A DNA stretch of 64,000 bases from Candidatus Saccharimonadota bacterium (GTDB lineage Bacteria > Patescibacteriota > Saccharimonadia > Saccharimonadales > SZUA-47). Numbering within the stretch: the stretch's first letter is position 1; each line of letters starts with the position of its first letter. The translations under genes were made by a program, and so were the position numbers. Positions 36,129 through 44,704 of the stretch are shown piece by piece. The stretch lies in NCBI GenBank assembly GCA_016700315.1, contig CP065013.1, positions 385,449-449,448 of the forward strand, in the 5' to 3' direction. The notes beneath the pieces are model-generated. The model did no database searches. It had not been told where the DNA came from and saw only the letters and a program-made list of their open reading frames with translations.

Positions 36129-37124
36129 CTATTTTTGTTGCCAGCGCCATGAGTCGGCGCAAGCCTGATCGATGGTTTTTATTGCATGCCAACCAAGCTC
36201 CTCGTTAGCTTTTGAACAGTCGGCATAGCAACTGGCTATGTCGCCTTTGCGACGGGGTTTGATCTCATATTTTATAGAGTGTCCGCATGCTAGTTCGAAA
36301 GCTCTAATTATCTCCATCACCGAAGTGCCTTGGCCTGTGCCTAAGTTGTAAACACTAAAACCTGGTTTCAGATGAGCTGCAGCTGCTGCATGCCCCAGTG
36401 CTAGATCAACCACATGGATGTAGTCACGTACGCCTGTCCCGTCAGGCGTATCGTAGTCGTTCCCGAACACACCAACACTTTCTAGTTCACCTGACGCCAC
36501 TTTAGCAACGTAGGGAAGCAAGTTGTTAGGAATACCGTTGGGGTCTTCGCCTATTAGGCCGCTGGAGTGAGCGCCGATAGGGTTGAAGTATCTCAGTGAG
36601 GTGATTTGCCAGTCGGGGTCGGATACACAAAGATCACTCAGAATCTGTTCGATCATGTACTTTGTTTGGCCGTATGGATTTGTTATCCCGACACCGACCT
36701 GTGAAGTTTCTTTGAGCGGCAGCTCGCTAGGGTTGCCATAAACGGTGGCTGACGAGCTGAAAATTAGTTTTTTGACGCCTACCTCATGCATAACTTCGCA
36801 GAGTGTTAGGGTAGAGTCAAGGTTGTTACGATAATACGCAAGTGGTTGAGCGACAGACTCGCCAACGGCTTTTAGGCCGGCAAAGTGTATAACGATTTCA
36901 ACTTTGTTTTCAGTAAATATACTTTGTAAAGCTACTTTGTCGCATAAGTCTGCTTGGTAAAACTTTATTTTTTTGCCAGTAATTTGCTCGAGCCGATCCA
37001 GCACAGAAAGTTTGGAGTTTGCTAGATTGTCTACAATAACGACCTCGTGACCCAGAGAAATCAACTCAACAGCCGTATGACTACCGATATAACCCAATCC
37101 CCCAGTTAGTAAGTATGTACCCAT
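36129..37124 (-). CDS. galE: UDP-glucose 4-epimerase
   Basis: 331 aa with 'LLTGGLGYIGSH', 'SSSATVYG' and 'YGQTKYMIEQ' (YxxxK). Confidence 0.9.
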   Translation of the reverse strand: MGTYLLTGGLGYIGSHTAVELISLGHEVVIVDNLANSKLSVLDRLEQITGKKIKFYQADLCDKVALQSIFTENKVEIVIHFAGLKAVGESVAQPLAYYRNNLDSTLTLCEVMHEVGVKKLIFSSSATVYGNPSELPLKETSQVGVGITNPYGQTKYMIEQILSDLCVSDPDWQITSLRYFNPIGAHSSGLIGEDPNGIPNNLLPYVAKVASGELESVGVFGNDYDTPDGTGVRDYIHVVDLALGHAAAAAHLKPGFSVYNLGTGQGTSVMEIIRAFELACGHSIKYEIKPRRKGDIASCYADCSKANEELGWHAIKTIDQACADSWRWQQK

Positions 37125-37133
37125 CTACTACCC

Positions 37134-38711
37134 CTATAATTCTAAGCTTAAGTTATCATCGCTGAAGGACTTGCCAGTGTTTTTACTGATAAATTCGTTT
37201 CCGAGCGCCGTAGTCTTGTACTGTTGATTTTGGCTTCTGGGTTTGTCTAGTATAGTGGGCGATAAATAGCCATTGTTTATCAGGGCTTTTGTATAGCGAG
37301 TAAAGTTTTCATAACGATTGCTAAGCCCTATCTCTGACATGATCTCACGTCTTTTCTTGGGTCTACGACAGAATAGCAGAATTAGTTCATCCACTTGTCC
37401 TGTCACTTGTCCTGTCACTTGTCCTGTCACTTGTCCTCTGACTTGGCCTAATGCTTTGGCCTGCTTGAACTCAAGATGCGCTGGCAGAATAGTTAGGAAA
37501 TAACTTAGGTCATCATCCGTATCAAAAATAGGTGCTGGAGAGCCATTGCTTTCCATAGACTTTTTGATCTTTGGTATGCCGGTACCTTTACCTTCTGTCA
37601 AATGTAGCTCTTTGAGAAAGTCTCCAATTCGTCTGTTGCGATACTTGCGAGCTACAACCCGGCCGCTATGTAGCTTCTCTTTGTTTAAGGGCGGCAGTGG
37701 GCCAGGGTAGCTGACCATTTCGATACGATCTGAAAAGATACGAATTTCGATAGGGCTGTCGTCTTGATAACTACGGTGGTATACGGTATTAACGACAGCT
37801 TCCTCTATGGCCTGGTAGGGGTAATTATAGAATCTTTCTGCTTCAGCACTACCTTCGATTTTGCGTACTCGTTCGACAATAATATGATTTTTGAAATACA
37901 ACAAAATGTCTTGAAGTTGCTGCTGTATTGGCCCTTTGAAATTTTTTTCAGTGAAACTGTCGCCAACCTCATCTTCGAATATTACAAGCTCAATTTGAGC
38001 GCATTGGAAAAATTGGGTGGGGTTATCATTAAATAATAGTAGCCCGATATTTTTAGGTTTCAAATATTCATCTGGTCCGGAAACAATGTTCATTTTTCGG
38101 CATAAATCAGCAAATTGCAACGATTCCGATTGTTCTAGTAAGTAGCTGCCAACACTTGCCAGGTGAGCTTTAACTAGTGGCAACTTGATATCAGTAATTT
38201 CGGCTCTTTGGTTAACCTGATCATCAAAAGGTATATGGGCTGACATGTTTAAGAGATCTCGCTCCTCCGAGTCAGAAGCTTTCTTGGTTATGGATCCTCG
38301 TCTAATGTAGTAGTAAAACTCCTTATTGTTTTTGTTTAGATTGGCGGGTGCCTTATACGGCCTCACTTCTCCGCCGGGTACCCAAATCACTAATATTGTG
38401 GCAGTACCTATTTCTGCTAATTCAATTATTGGGAAGTAGTTAGGCCTTAACTGATGACATCTTTCGATTAACTCCTTTTGAATTGTGTCCAAACTGCTCT
38501 TGCTTAAACCTTGTGCTGGTAAAACGGGTCTACCGTTTTTCTCCTCTATGCCCAACAAAATGTACCCGCCGCCCCAGTTATTGATATCGTTTGCGAAAGC
38601 ACATATCGACTGCAGTACGGCAAGTGGGTTCCAGCCGGCTTTAAATTCCAGTCTTTCCCATTCCACTAGTCGTCCGCTTATTAAATCATCTAAATTTATT
38701 GGTAAGGCCAT
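37134..38711 (-). CDS. AlbA_2/Schlafen-type DNA-binding domain protein with an HATPase_c_4-like domain and C-terminal wHTH (putative ATP-dependent regulator)
   Basis: 525 aa. N-terminal 'EWERLEFKAGWNP...ICAFANDINNWGGGYILLGIEE', central 'VNTVYHRSYQDDSPIEIRIF.DRIEMVSYPG...RNRRIGDFLKELHLTEGKGTGI', and a C-terminal wHTH after a GQVT repeat linker. Confidence 0.7.
   Translation of the reverse strand: MALPINLDDLISGRLVEWERLEFKAGWNPLAVLQSICAFANDINNWGGGYILLGIEEKNGRPVLPAQGLSKSSLDTIQKELIERCHQLRPNYFPIIELAEIGTATILVIWVPGGEVRPYKAPANLNKNNKEFYYYIRRGSITKKASDSEERDLLNMSAHIPFDDQVNQRAEITDIKLPLVKAHLASVGSYLLEQSESLQFADLCRKMNIVSGPDEYLKPKNIGLLLFNDNPTQFFQCAQIELVIFEDEVGDSFTEKNFKGPIQQQLQDILLYFKNHIIVERVRKIEGSAEAERFYNYPYQAIEEAVVNTVYHRSYQDDSPIEIRIFSDRIEMVSYPGPLPPLNKEKLHSGRVVARKYRNRRIGDFLKELHLTEGKGTGIPKIKKSMESNGSPAPIFDTDDDLSYFLTILPAHLEFKQAKALGQVRGQVTGQVTGQVTGQVDELILLFCRRPKKRREIMSEIGLSNRYENFTRYTKALINNGYLSPTILDKPRSQNQQYKTTALGNEFISKNTGKSFSDDNLSLEL
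37392..37448. repeat. In-frame 12-nt tandem repeat (CACTTGTCCTGT x3 plus 2 variants) encoding (GQVT)n
   Basis: Perfect units at 37392-37403, 37404-37415 and 37416-37427. Variant units start at 37428 and 37440. The protein reads 'LGQVRGQVTGQVTGQVTGQVDE'. Confidence 0.9.
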
Positions 38712-38752
38712 TAGTACATTTTATCTTAGTATATGCAAAAATAACACCTAGG

Positions 38753-40573
38753 CTATTCGACTGTAACAGATTTGGCGAGGTTGCGCGGCTTATCGATGTC
38801 GCGGTCAAGCTCACGGGCTACATGGTAGGCAAAGATGTGAGTAACTGTCGCAGCTAGGATTGGTTGGAGCTGCTCGATGGTTTTGGGAATAATAATTAGG
38901 TCATCGGCGATTTGTGCGGCCTCTGCTTTTTGGTCGTCGATTACGGCTATGATTGGTCCGCCGCGAGCATTGATTTCTTGCATGTTGCTAGCTGATTTTT
39001 CGGCTACGTCACTAGACAGAGCAAGTGCAAAAGTTGGGAAATTCTCGTCGATCAGCGCCAACGGGCCGTGCTTCATTTCGCCGCCGGCGTAGCCTTCGGC
39101 GTGAATGTAGCTGATTTCTTTTAGTTTCAGCGAACCTTCGAGCGCCACGGGGTAAAGGTAGCGCCTTCCGATAAACAGGAAGTCTCGGTGATGAGCGTAT
39201 TTTTTGGCGATTCGCTTGATTTCGCCATCTTGGTCTAAAATTTGCTCGAGCTGGGCTGGGATTTTGTCGAGGCTAGTCAGCAGCTCATCAAAGCCAGTGT
39301 AGGTTTTTGACAACTTTAGGGCGATTAAACATAAGACCGTAACTTGGGCGATGAAAGCTTTGGTGCTGGCGACGGCCTTCTCTGGGCCAGCATGACAATA
39401 AACTCCAGCGTCGGTCATGCGGGCTAAGCTAGAGCCTGGGGCGTTGACGACGCCGAGCATAAGTATGCCGCTACCTTCGAGTTTTTTCAGTGCAGCAATA
39501 CAGTCTGCGGTTTCGCCAGATTGCGAGATTACCAATACGGCAGTCGATCGGCTGAGCGGCTCTTTGCGGTAGCGGAATTCGCTAGCCTGCTGTACCTCGA
39601 CAGGCAGGCCAGCTATTTCTTCAAGTAGATATTCTCCAACCATACCAGCATAGTAGGATGTTCCGCAGGCAATAATAATGATTCTGGTGATATAGTTTAG
39701 CTGGTTTTCAACGGCTTCTAGACCTCCAAGTTTGATAATTCCTTCTTCAATCCGGGCTCGTCCTAGCATGGCGCTGCGAACAGTCTGTGGCGCTTCGTGT
39801 ATTTCCTTGCTCATGTAGTCGGGGAAGTTTCCGGTCCCTGACGCGTCTTGCTCAATCTCAATTAGTTCCGTTGGTCGCATAATATCTTTTAGAGTTTTGA
39901 TATCAACGATGTGGTAGCCGGAGGCCTTGACGTAAGCTATCTCTCCGTCGTTTAGAAAGACAATCTGCTTTGTTTTTGAAACAATTGGGATTGCATCCGA
40001 GCCGATAAATAACTCACCCTCGCCAACGCCTATTGCTAACGGGCTGGATAATTTAGCAGCGTATAATCTCTCATAGTCGTGCGTAGTCGTCATAACAATG
40101 CCGTATGCTCCCCTAAGTTCCTGAATGGTGGCAGCAAAAGCCTTCTTAACGTCACGAGATTGCTGGTAGTTGTACTGCAACAGATTTGGGACTACTTCGG
40201 TGTCGGTGTCGGAGTGAAAATTGTAGCCTTTTTTCTTAAGAAACTTTTTGATTTCTTGGTAGTTTTCAATGATGCCATTATGAACAACTGCGAAAGCCCC
40301 GTCATTAGACAAATGCGGATGAGCATTGCGCTTTACAACTCCGCCGTGCGTTGCCCATCGGGTGTGGCCTATGCCGCAGTTAGCTTGGTCGCTAGCGTCT
40401 AGTTCTTTTCTTAGAGCCTCGACTCTGCCAACAACCTTGGTTAGGTTTATTGTGTCGTTACGAAGAAGCGCAATGCCAGCAGAGTCATAGCCGCGGTACT
40501 CTAACGACTCAAGGCCGTCGAGCAGATATCCGGTTGCGTTATTATTACCAATGTAACCAACGATGCCGCACAT
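38753..40573 (-). CDS. glmS: Glutamine--fructose-6-phosphate aminotransferase (isomerising)
   Basis: 606 aa with N-terminal nucleophile 'MCGIVGYIG', two SIS domains and the canonical C-terminus 'KPRNLAKSVTVE'. Confidence 0.95.
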   Translation of the reverse strand: MCGIVGYIGNNNATGYLLDGLESLEYRGYDSAGIALLRNDTINLTKVVGRVEALRKELDASDQANCGIGHTRWATHGGVVKRNAHPHLSNDGAFAVVHNGIIENYQEIKKFLKKKGYNFHSDTDTEVVPNLLQYNYQQSRDVKKAFAATIQELRGAYGIVMTTTHDYERLYAAKLSSPLAIGVGEGELFIGSDAIPIVSKTKQIVFLNDGEIAYVKASGYHIVDIKTLKDIMRPTELIEIEQDASGTGNFPDYMSKEIHEAPQTVRSAMLGRARIEEGIIKLGGLEAVENQLNYITRIIIIACGTSYYAGMVGEYLLEEIAGLPVEVQQASEFRYRKEPLSRSTAVLVISQSGETADCIAALKKLEGSGILMLGVVNAPGSSLARMTDAGVYCHAGPEKAVASTKAFIAQVTVLCLIALKLSKTYTGFDELLTSLDKIPAQLEQILDQDGEIKRIAKKYAHHRDFLFIGRRYLYPVALEGSLKLKEISYIHAEGYAGGEMKHGPLALIDENFPTFALALSSDVAEKSASNMQEINARGGPIIAVIDDQKAEAAQIADDLIIIPKTIEQLQPILAATVTHIFAYHVARELDRDIDKPRNLAKSVTVE

Positions 40574-40663
40574 AGGGATTGTCTTTCTTGTTTATGTATA
40601 GTCATTGTTTTATATCAAATGGGGGCTCCGGCACACAAACAAAATGGCAACAATTATTTGACA

Positions 40664-41827
40664 CTATACTTTGTGAAGTAAGCCCGTAATCGATTTATTG
40701 AAATTTTCAATCGTAAATTCTCTAGACTTTTTGTTTAGGTCTTTGCGGTTATAAATATCTGGGTCGAAGACTCGTAGTCTTTCGATTAATGATTCAACTG
40801 TTTGCTGGTCAAAAAATTCACCGGTTTCGCCTGGAACGACATAGTCGAGGGCGCCACCACCACGATATGCAACTACAGGGAGACCTGCCGCCATAGCTTC
40901 AATCGGAGCAATGCCAAAGTCTTCGTAGCTGGCGAACAAAAAGGCCGAGTGTTTTTGAAGCTCAGATGCTAAGGCTTCATCTGTCACAAAACCTCCGAAA
41001 TTTATTGTAGGACCCGATAGAGTGCGCAGTCTCGCTAGATCCGGTCCTTTGCCTATGATCGTTAGTGGTATGCGCAGTTGATTGCAAGCTTTGATAAGTA
41101 TGTCTATACGCTTTGCAGGCACAACACGTCCATGGGTAATAAATCCGCTTCGCGGTTTTGGTAGATGGTATGTAGTAGTTGGTAGATGGAAACGACTAGA
41201 ATCTACCGGGGGGAAAACTACTGTAGATTCGCGGTCGTAATAAAGTTTTATATCATTTTTTATATGTGAAGAATTCGCGATGAAAACATCAACTTTTTGG
41301 GCTGCTTGGTAGTCTCTTTTTCTCAGGGGTCTGACTAGTAGTCTTAGGCCGAGTCGCGCCAGCCAAGCTGGTTTTACTCCTGGATTTTTTAAGTACTGTT
41401 CATAATGTCGCCAATAGTAATGAACTGGTGTGTGGCAATAGCTGATATGCTTTTTGGCTCTAACGAACTTGGCCTCGCCATTTCCGGTAATCGAAATAAC
41501 TAAATTATACTTGGATAAGTCTAGCCTAGCGAACCACCATTGTCGTAGTAGGGGCAAGAACTTTCGGAGTTGTCTAAATGGGGCTTTTTGTAGATACCCA
41601 GTAACTACTTTATTGTCTAGGCGCTTGCGCCACTCGTCCGAGCAATAAGATGTATAAATTGGTGCCTCGGGGAACATTTTGTGAAAAGCTTCGACAACAA
41701 GTTCACTACCACCGCCATATATCCAGTCGGTTACCAAGGCTACAGACTTGGTAGTTGGTAGTTGGTAGTTGGTAGTTGGTGGCTTCACTTGTGAGCCTTC
41801 ACAAATGCGTTTAGTAGTTTCTGGCAT
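40664..41827 (-). CDS. Glycosyltransferase, GT4 family (true start uncertain: GTG at 41788 or ATG at 41827)
   Basis: 'VALVTDWIYGGGSELV' is a typical GT4 N-terminus, and 'FLFASYEDFGIAPIEAMAAGLPVVAYRGGGALDYV' is present. The only in-frame start codons lie upstream of the heptamer array. Confidence 0.8.
   Translation of the reverse strand: MPETTKRICEGSQVKPPTTNYQLPTTKSVALVTDWIYGGGSELVVEAFHKMFPEAPIYTSYCSDEWRKRLDNKVVTGYLQKAPFRQLRKFLPLLRQWWFARLDLSKYNLVISITGNGEAKFVRAKKHISYCHTPVHYYWRHYEQYLKNPGVKPAWLARLGLRLLVRPLRKRDYQAAQKVDVFIANSSHIKNDIKLYYDRESTVVFPPVDSSRFHLPTTTYHLPKPRSGFITHGRVVPAKRIDILIKACNQLRIPLTIIGKGPDLARLRTLSGPTINFGGFVTDEALASELQKHSAFLFASYEDFGIAPIEAMAAGLPVVAYRGGGALDYVVPGETGEFFDQQTVESLIERLRVFDPDIYNRKDLNKKSREFTIENFNKSITGLLHKV
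41748..41782. repeat. Heptamer tandem array (TTGGTAG)x4 plus TTGGTGG, immediately 3' of the four-helix-bundle ORF and inside the 5' end of the GT4 reading frame
   Basis: Read directly from the sequence. On the coding (minus) strand it reads CCACCAA CTACCAA CTACCAA CTACCAA CTACCAA. Confidence 0.9.
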
Positions 41828-42159
41828 GAGACTATTTGTGCTAAAACCAATTCAATTTGTTTTTGGTCCTTCATGTATGCAAGGCTACCAGATAATAACG
41901 TAAAATTCTTGACCTCTAGGGTTGAGCCGTAAGCTATTGTATAAAAATGCAGCTTATCATTATTGGTTCTTCTACCAAAACCCTCTGCAATGTTGGCTGA
42001 AACTGAATAGGCGGCTCTTCTGTATTGGCTTGTTAAGCTAAACCTCTCATCAACAGGGAAATTTTTCGTTACTTCATAAATAATGACTGCTAGTTTATGG
42101 GCTTCTTGCCAAACAACAAGGTCTTCAAAAGATTTAATTCTTTTTTTGCCTTCTACCAT
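41785..42159 (-). CDS. Four-helix-bundle protein (23S rRNA intervening-sequence protein family; Avd-like fold), second copy
   Basis: 124 aa with 'FEDLVVWQEAHKLAVIIYEVTKNFP...AAYSVSANIAEGFGR...AYGSTLEVKNF'. It has the same family hallmarks as 3287..3640. Confidence 0.8.
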   Translation of the reverse strand: MVEGKKRIKSFEDLVVWQEAHKLAVIIYEVTKNFPVDERFSLTSQYRRAAYSVSANIAEGFGRRTNNDKLHFYTIAYGSTLEVKNFTLLSGSLAYMKDQKQIELVLAQIVSCQKLLNAFVKAHK

Positions 42160-42183
42160 ATACTACCTACCATCTACTACACA

Positions 42184-43626
42184 TTAGTCGCTGCTGCCTT
42201 TGAATAGCCGCAAGAAAACCTGGACGGCTGTCTTTAGGACAATTACGATGTCGAGCCAGAAGCTCCAGTTTTGGACATAATAGTGGTCAAGTTTGCGGCG
42301 TTCTTCGAACGGCAAATTCTTGCGGCCCGAAATTTGGGCTAGTCCAGTAAGGCCGGATTTTACACTAAGAATTTGGTGTTTCAGTTCGGATTTATTAAGC
42401 TCTTCCTCGATCAATGCTCTGGGGCCAACGAAACTAATGTCGCCCCTTAGAATATTGAATAGTTGCGGTAGTTCGTCTAGGCTGGTTTTGCGAATTATCC
42501 TCCCAAACAACGAAATGCGTGGGTCATTCTTTAGAAAATCGCCATTATCGCGGAATTCTTTTGCTAGCTCCGGCTTGCCCATTTTGGCAAAACCAGCTTC
42601 TGGGTCTAAACCGCTGTACTTCTTCTTAAGCGAGCGAAATTTGTAAATAGTAAAGTGCTCACTAAAACGAGTTAAGCGCTTACGTCGATAAATCGGCGCG
42701 CCGCCAGACACCATAAGACATAGATAAATTAGCAACATGATCGGCGAGAACACAATGATACAGAATAGCGATATTAAAATGTCGAAGAGCCTTTTGGCGA
42801 CTCTACCCCAGCCAAGTAGTGCGGTCTGGTGTACGGCAATGACCGGGATGTTTTGGAATAGATCGACATCGATATTGCCAAGGAACATACCAGAGTTGCC
42901 CGGCACAAAGCGGTAGGCCTTGTGGTGCGTTTGGGCGTAATCAAGCACGTAATCATTGATGCTTTGGTCGCTATAAAGTTCAGTTTGGACGATACTATGC
43001 AGCTGGCTGGTTTGGAGCGCAGTTACTGCCTCATCAAAATCTTTATATACACTTCCTTCCTCAATCCCAGTGTAGTTAAAGCGTCGATCTCCAACTACTC
43101 CAACAACCTTAAAACCAGAGTCAACATTGGCCAGAAGCTGGCATAATTCTTCTGTAACAGGCGTGGAACCAACCAGTAATATGTGGTTTCGGCCTATACC
43201 AATCGAAAACAGGCTGCGCCGTACGGCTCTAGCTATTGTTCTAAATAGCAGTACTAACAAAAAACTAATGCCGAAGCCGTAAACTGGCACCAGCCGGGCG
43301 GGGAAGATTGGGCGATTAAGCGCATACTCAGCGCCTATGAGAAACAAAATACCAACAAAAGAGCCTGCCAAAATTCGCACCGCTTCGCTGAATCTATTTT
43401 CGTAGACTCGGGACTGGTAAAGACCAAGCAGGGCAAATATCAGCAACCAAAAAACTAGCAGTACGGCAAAAACTAGTAAGTATGTTGTACCATCAATCTG
43501 AAATGGTCTAGGTCGGATATCTAGCTTAACGCGGATTAGGTAGGCCATCACAAAGGCTGCCAGCAGCGCCACAAAGTCCCCAATCAAAAGTACAAATGCG
43601 TAAAGGAGATTAGAACTATTTTTCAT
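42184..43626 (-). CDS. Polyprenyl-phosphate sugar-1-phosphate transferase (WbaP/bacterial sugar transferase family), priming enzyme
   Basis: 480 aa with N-terminal TM helices, then 'AKRLFDILISLFCIIVFSPIMLLI...YRRKRL..F.IYKFRSL...DELPQLFNILRGDISFVGPRA'. Confidence 0.85.
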   Translation of the reverse strand: MKNSSNLLYAFVLLIGDFVALLAAFVMAYLIRVKLDIRPRPFQIDGTTYLLVFAVLLVFWLLIFALLGLYQSRVYENRFSEAVRILAGSFVGILFLIGAEYALNRPIFPARLVPVYGFGISFLLVLLFRTIARAVRRSLFSIGIGRNHILLVGSTPVTEELCQLLANVDSGFKVVGVVGDRRFNYTGIEEGSVYKDFDEAVTALQTSQLHSIVQTELYSDQSINDYVLDYAQTHHKAYRFVPGNSGMFLGNIDVDLFQNIPVIAVHQTALLGWGRVAKRLFDILISLFCIIVFSPIMLLIYLCLMVSGGAPIYRRKRLTRFSEHFTIYKFRSLKKKYSGLDPEAGFAKMGKPELAKEFRDNGDFLKNDPRISLFGRIIRKTSLDELPQLFNILRGDISFVGPRALIEEELNKSELKHQILSVKSGLTGLAQISGRKNLPFEERRKLDHYYVQNWSFWLDIVIVLKTAVQVFLRLFKGSSD

Positions 43627-43695
43627 TTGTAGCTACATTGTAACATTATTACCACTGTTACAGATTACTAAAAGGGTGTATGCTTGAAGTTAAGC

Positions 43696-44205
43696 ATGAG
43701 CACAAAAAAACTCAATACTAAGAAGAATCGTAAACTGTTGGTTCAATTTACAGAGTATATGGTCAGCGGTGGTGCTTGGTTTTGGGTTGGTTATGGCGCA
43801 TTCGCGGTCCTAGACAAGGTATTTCATGTACCATTTTGGCCAACCAAAATCAGTAGCTATATAATCGGTGCCAGTGTCAACTTTTTGCTACAGCGCTACT
43901 GGGTTTTCAAAACCAAGCGCGCTGGCCAGCAGCTTGGTGACTCGGCTAAGCGCTATTACTCGTTGATGGTGGTGAACTTTGTGCTAGATCAAGGTATAGT
44001 CGGTGGTCTAAGAGCTATCGGTATTAGTCCTTACATCGGCCAATTTATCTCTAGTGGTTTTTTTACTGTCTGGAACTGGTTGTGGTACAAGCTCTGGGTC
44101 TTCGGCAAAAAGAAACAACCGCCGCGACCCCGCAAACCACACTCGCCAGCACTACATCGTTCCAAACATGTTCGCCTAACGCATGCCAGCAAAGGTAGAA
44201 AATAA
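43696..44205 (+). CDS. GtrA-family membrane protein
   Basis: 'QFTEYMVSGGAWFWVGYGAF...NFLLQRYWVFK' with four TM segments. The ATG at 43696 is preferred over the TTG at 43684. Confidence 0.7.
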   Translation: MSTKKLNTKKNRKLLVQFTEYMVSGGAWFWVGYGAFAVLDKVFHVPFWPTKISSYIIGASVNFLLQRYWVFKTKRAGQQLGDSAKRYYSLMVVNFVLDQGIVGGLRAIGISPYIGQFISSGFFTVWNWLWYKLWVFGKKKQPPRPRKPHSPALHRSKHVRLTHASKGRK

Positions 44206-44207
44206 AC

Positions 44208-44651
44208 ATGGAAGAGGACCAGCCGCTATCGACAGTTCGACCAACGATGCGTCAGCAGCAACTGCTAGAGTTTATTGCTGCTTTTATCGCCGAACACGGC
44301 TACAGCCCAAGTTATAGGGAAGTAATGAAGGGTTGTAACTATAACTCTGTCGCGACGGCGGCACTGCACATCCGTAATTTGATTGACCGTGGTCATTTAG
44401 TTAAACGTGGACGTTCGGCCCGGAGTTTGGAGCTGACCAAAGCTGTGGTAAAAGTGGAAGAGCTTGATGGCCCTACAGCCGCTCAGGAAAAATGGCTAGT
44501 AAGTACTATTAACTCAAAGTTTGATCAATATGAGAAGACACCGACAGATGAGTTGCGTGATGAACTTTATGTGCTGGTAGGCGCGCTGAAGGCGGTAGGC
44601 CTAGAAGATGCGATGCGCTCTTTTATCCCTCGACTTCCTAGAGATAACTAA
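44208..44651 (+). CDS. LexA-type N-terminal winged-helix DNA-binding protein lacking the S24 peptidase domain
   Basis: 147 aa. 'RQQQLLEFIAAFIAEHGYSPSYREVMKGCNYNSVATAALHIRNLIDRGHLVKRGRSARSLEL' matches the LexA DNA-binding domain. The C-terminal half is helical and unrelated to S24. Confidence 0.6.
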   Translation: MEEDQPLSTVRPTMRQQQLLEFIAAFIAEHGYSPSYREVMKGCNYNSVATAALHIRNLIDRGHLVKRGRSARSLELTKAVVKVEELDGPTAAQEKWLVSTINSKFDQYEKTPTDELRDELYVLVGALKAVGLEDAMRSFIPRLPRDN

Positions 44652-44704
44652 GTTTTTCTGTAGGAGTATAATTTATAACATACAAGCGGTGGGTGAGATA
44701 AGAA

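Noticed and set aside
36087-36131. Telomere-like repeat (TAGGGTC resembles TTAGGG)
   Set aside because: It is an internal 42-nt array between two convergent genes with normal flanking sequence. It fits the other 7-nt arrays in this window better.
40574-40663. glmS ribozyme in the 5' leader of glmS
   Set aside because: Only about 90 nt separate glmS from the upstream gene, which is too short. The leader shows none of the conserved glmS ribozyme core sequence that I remember.
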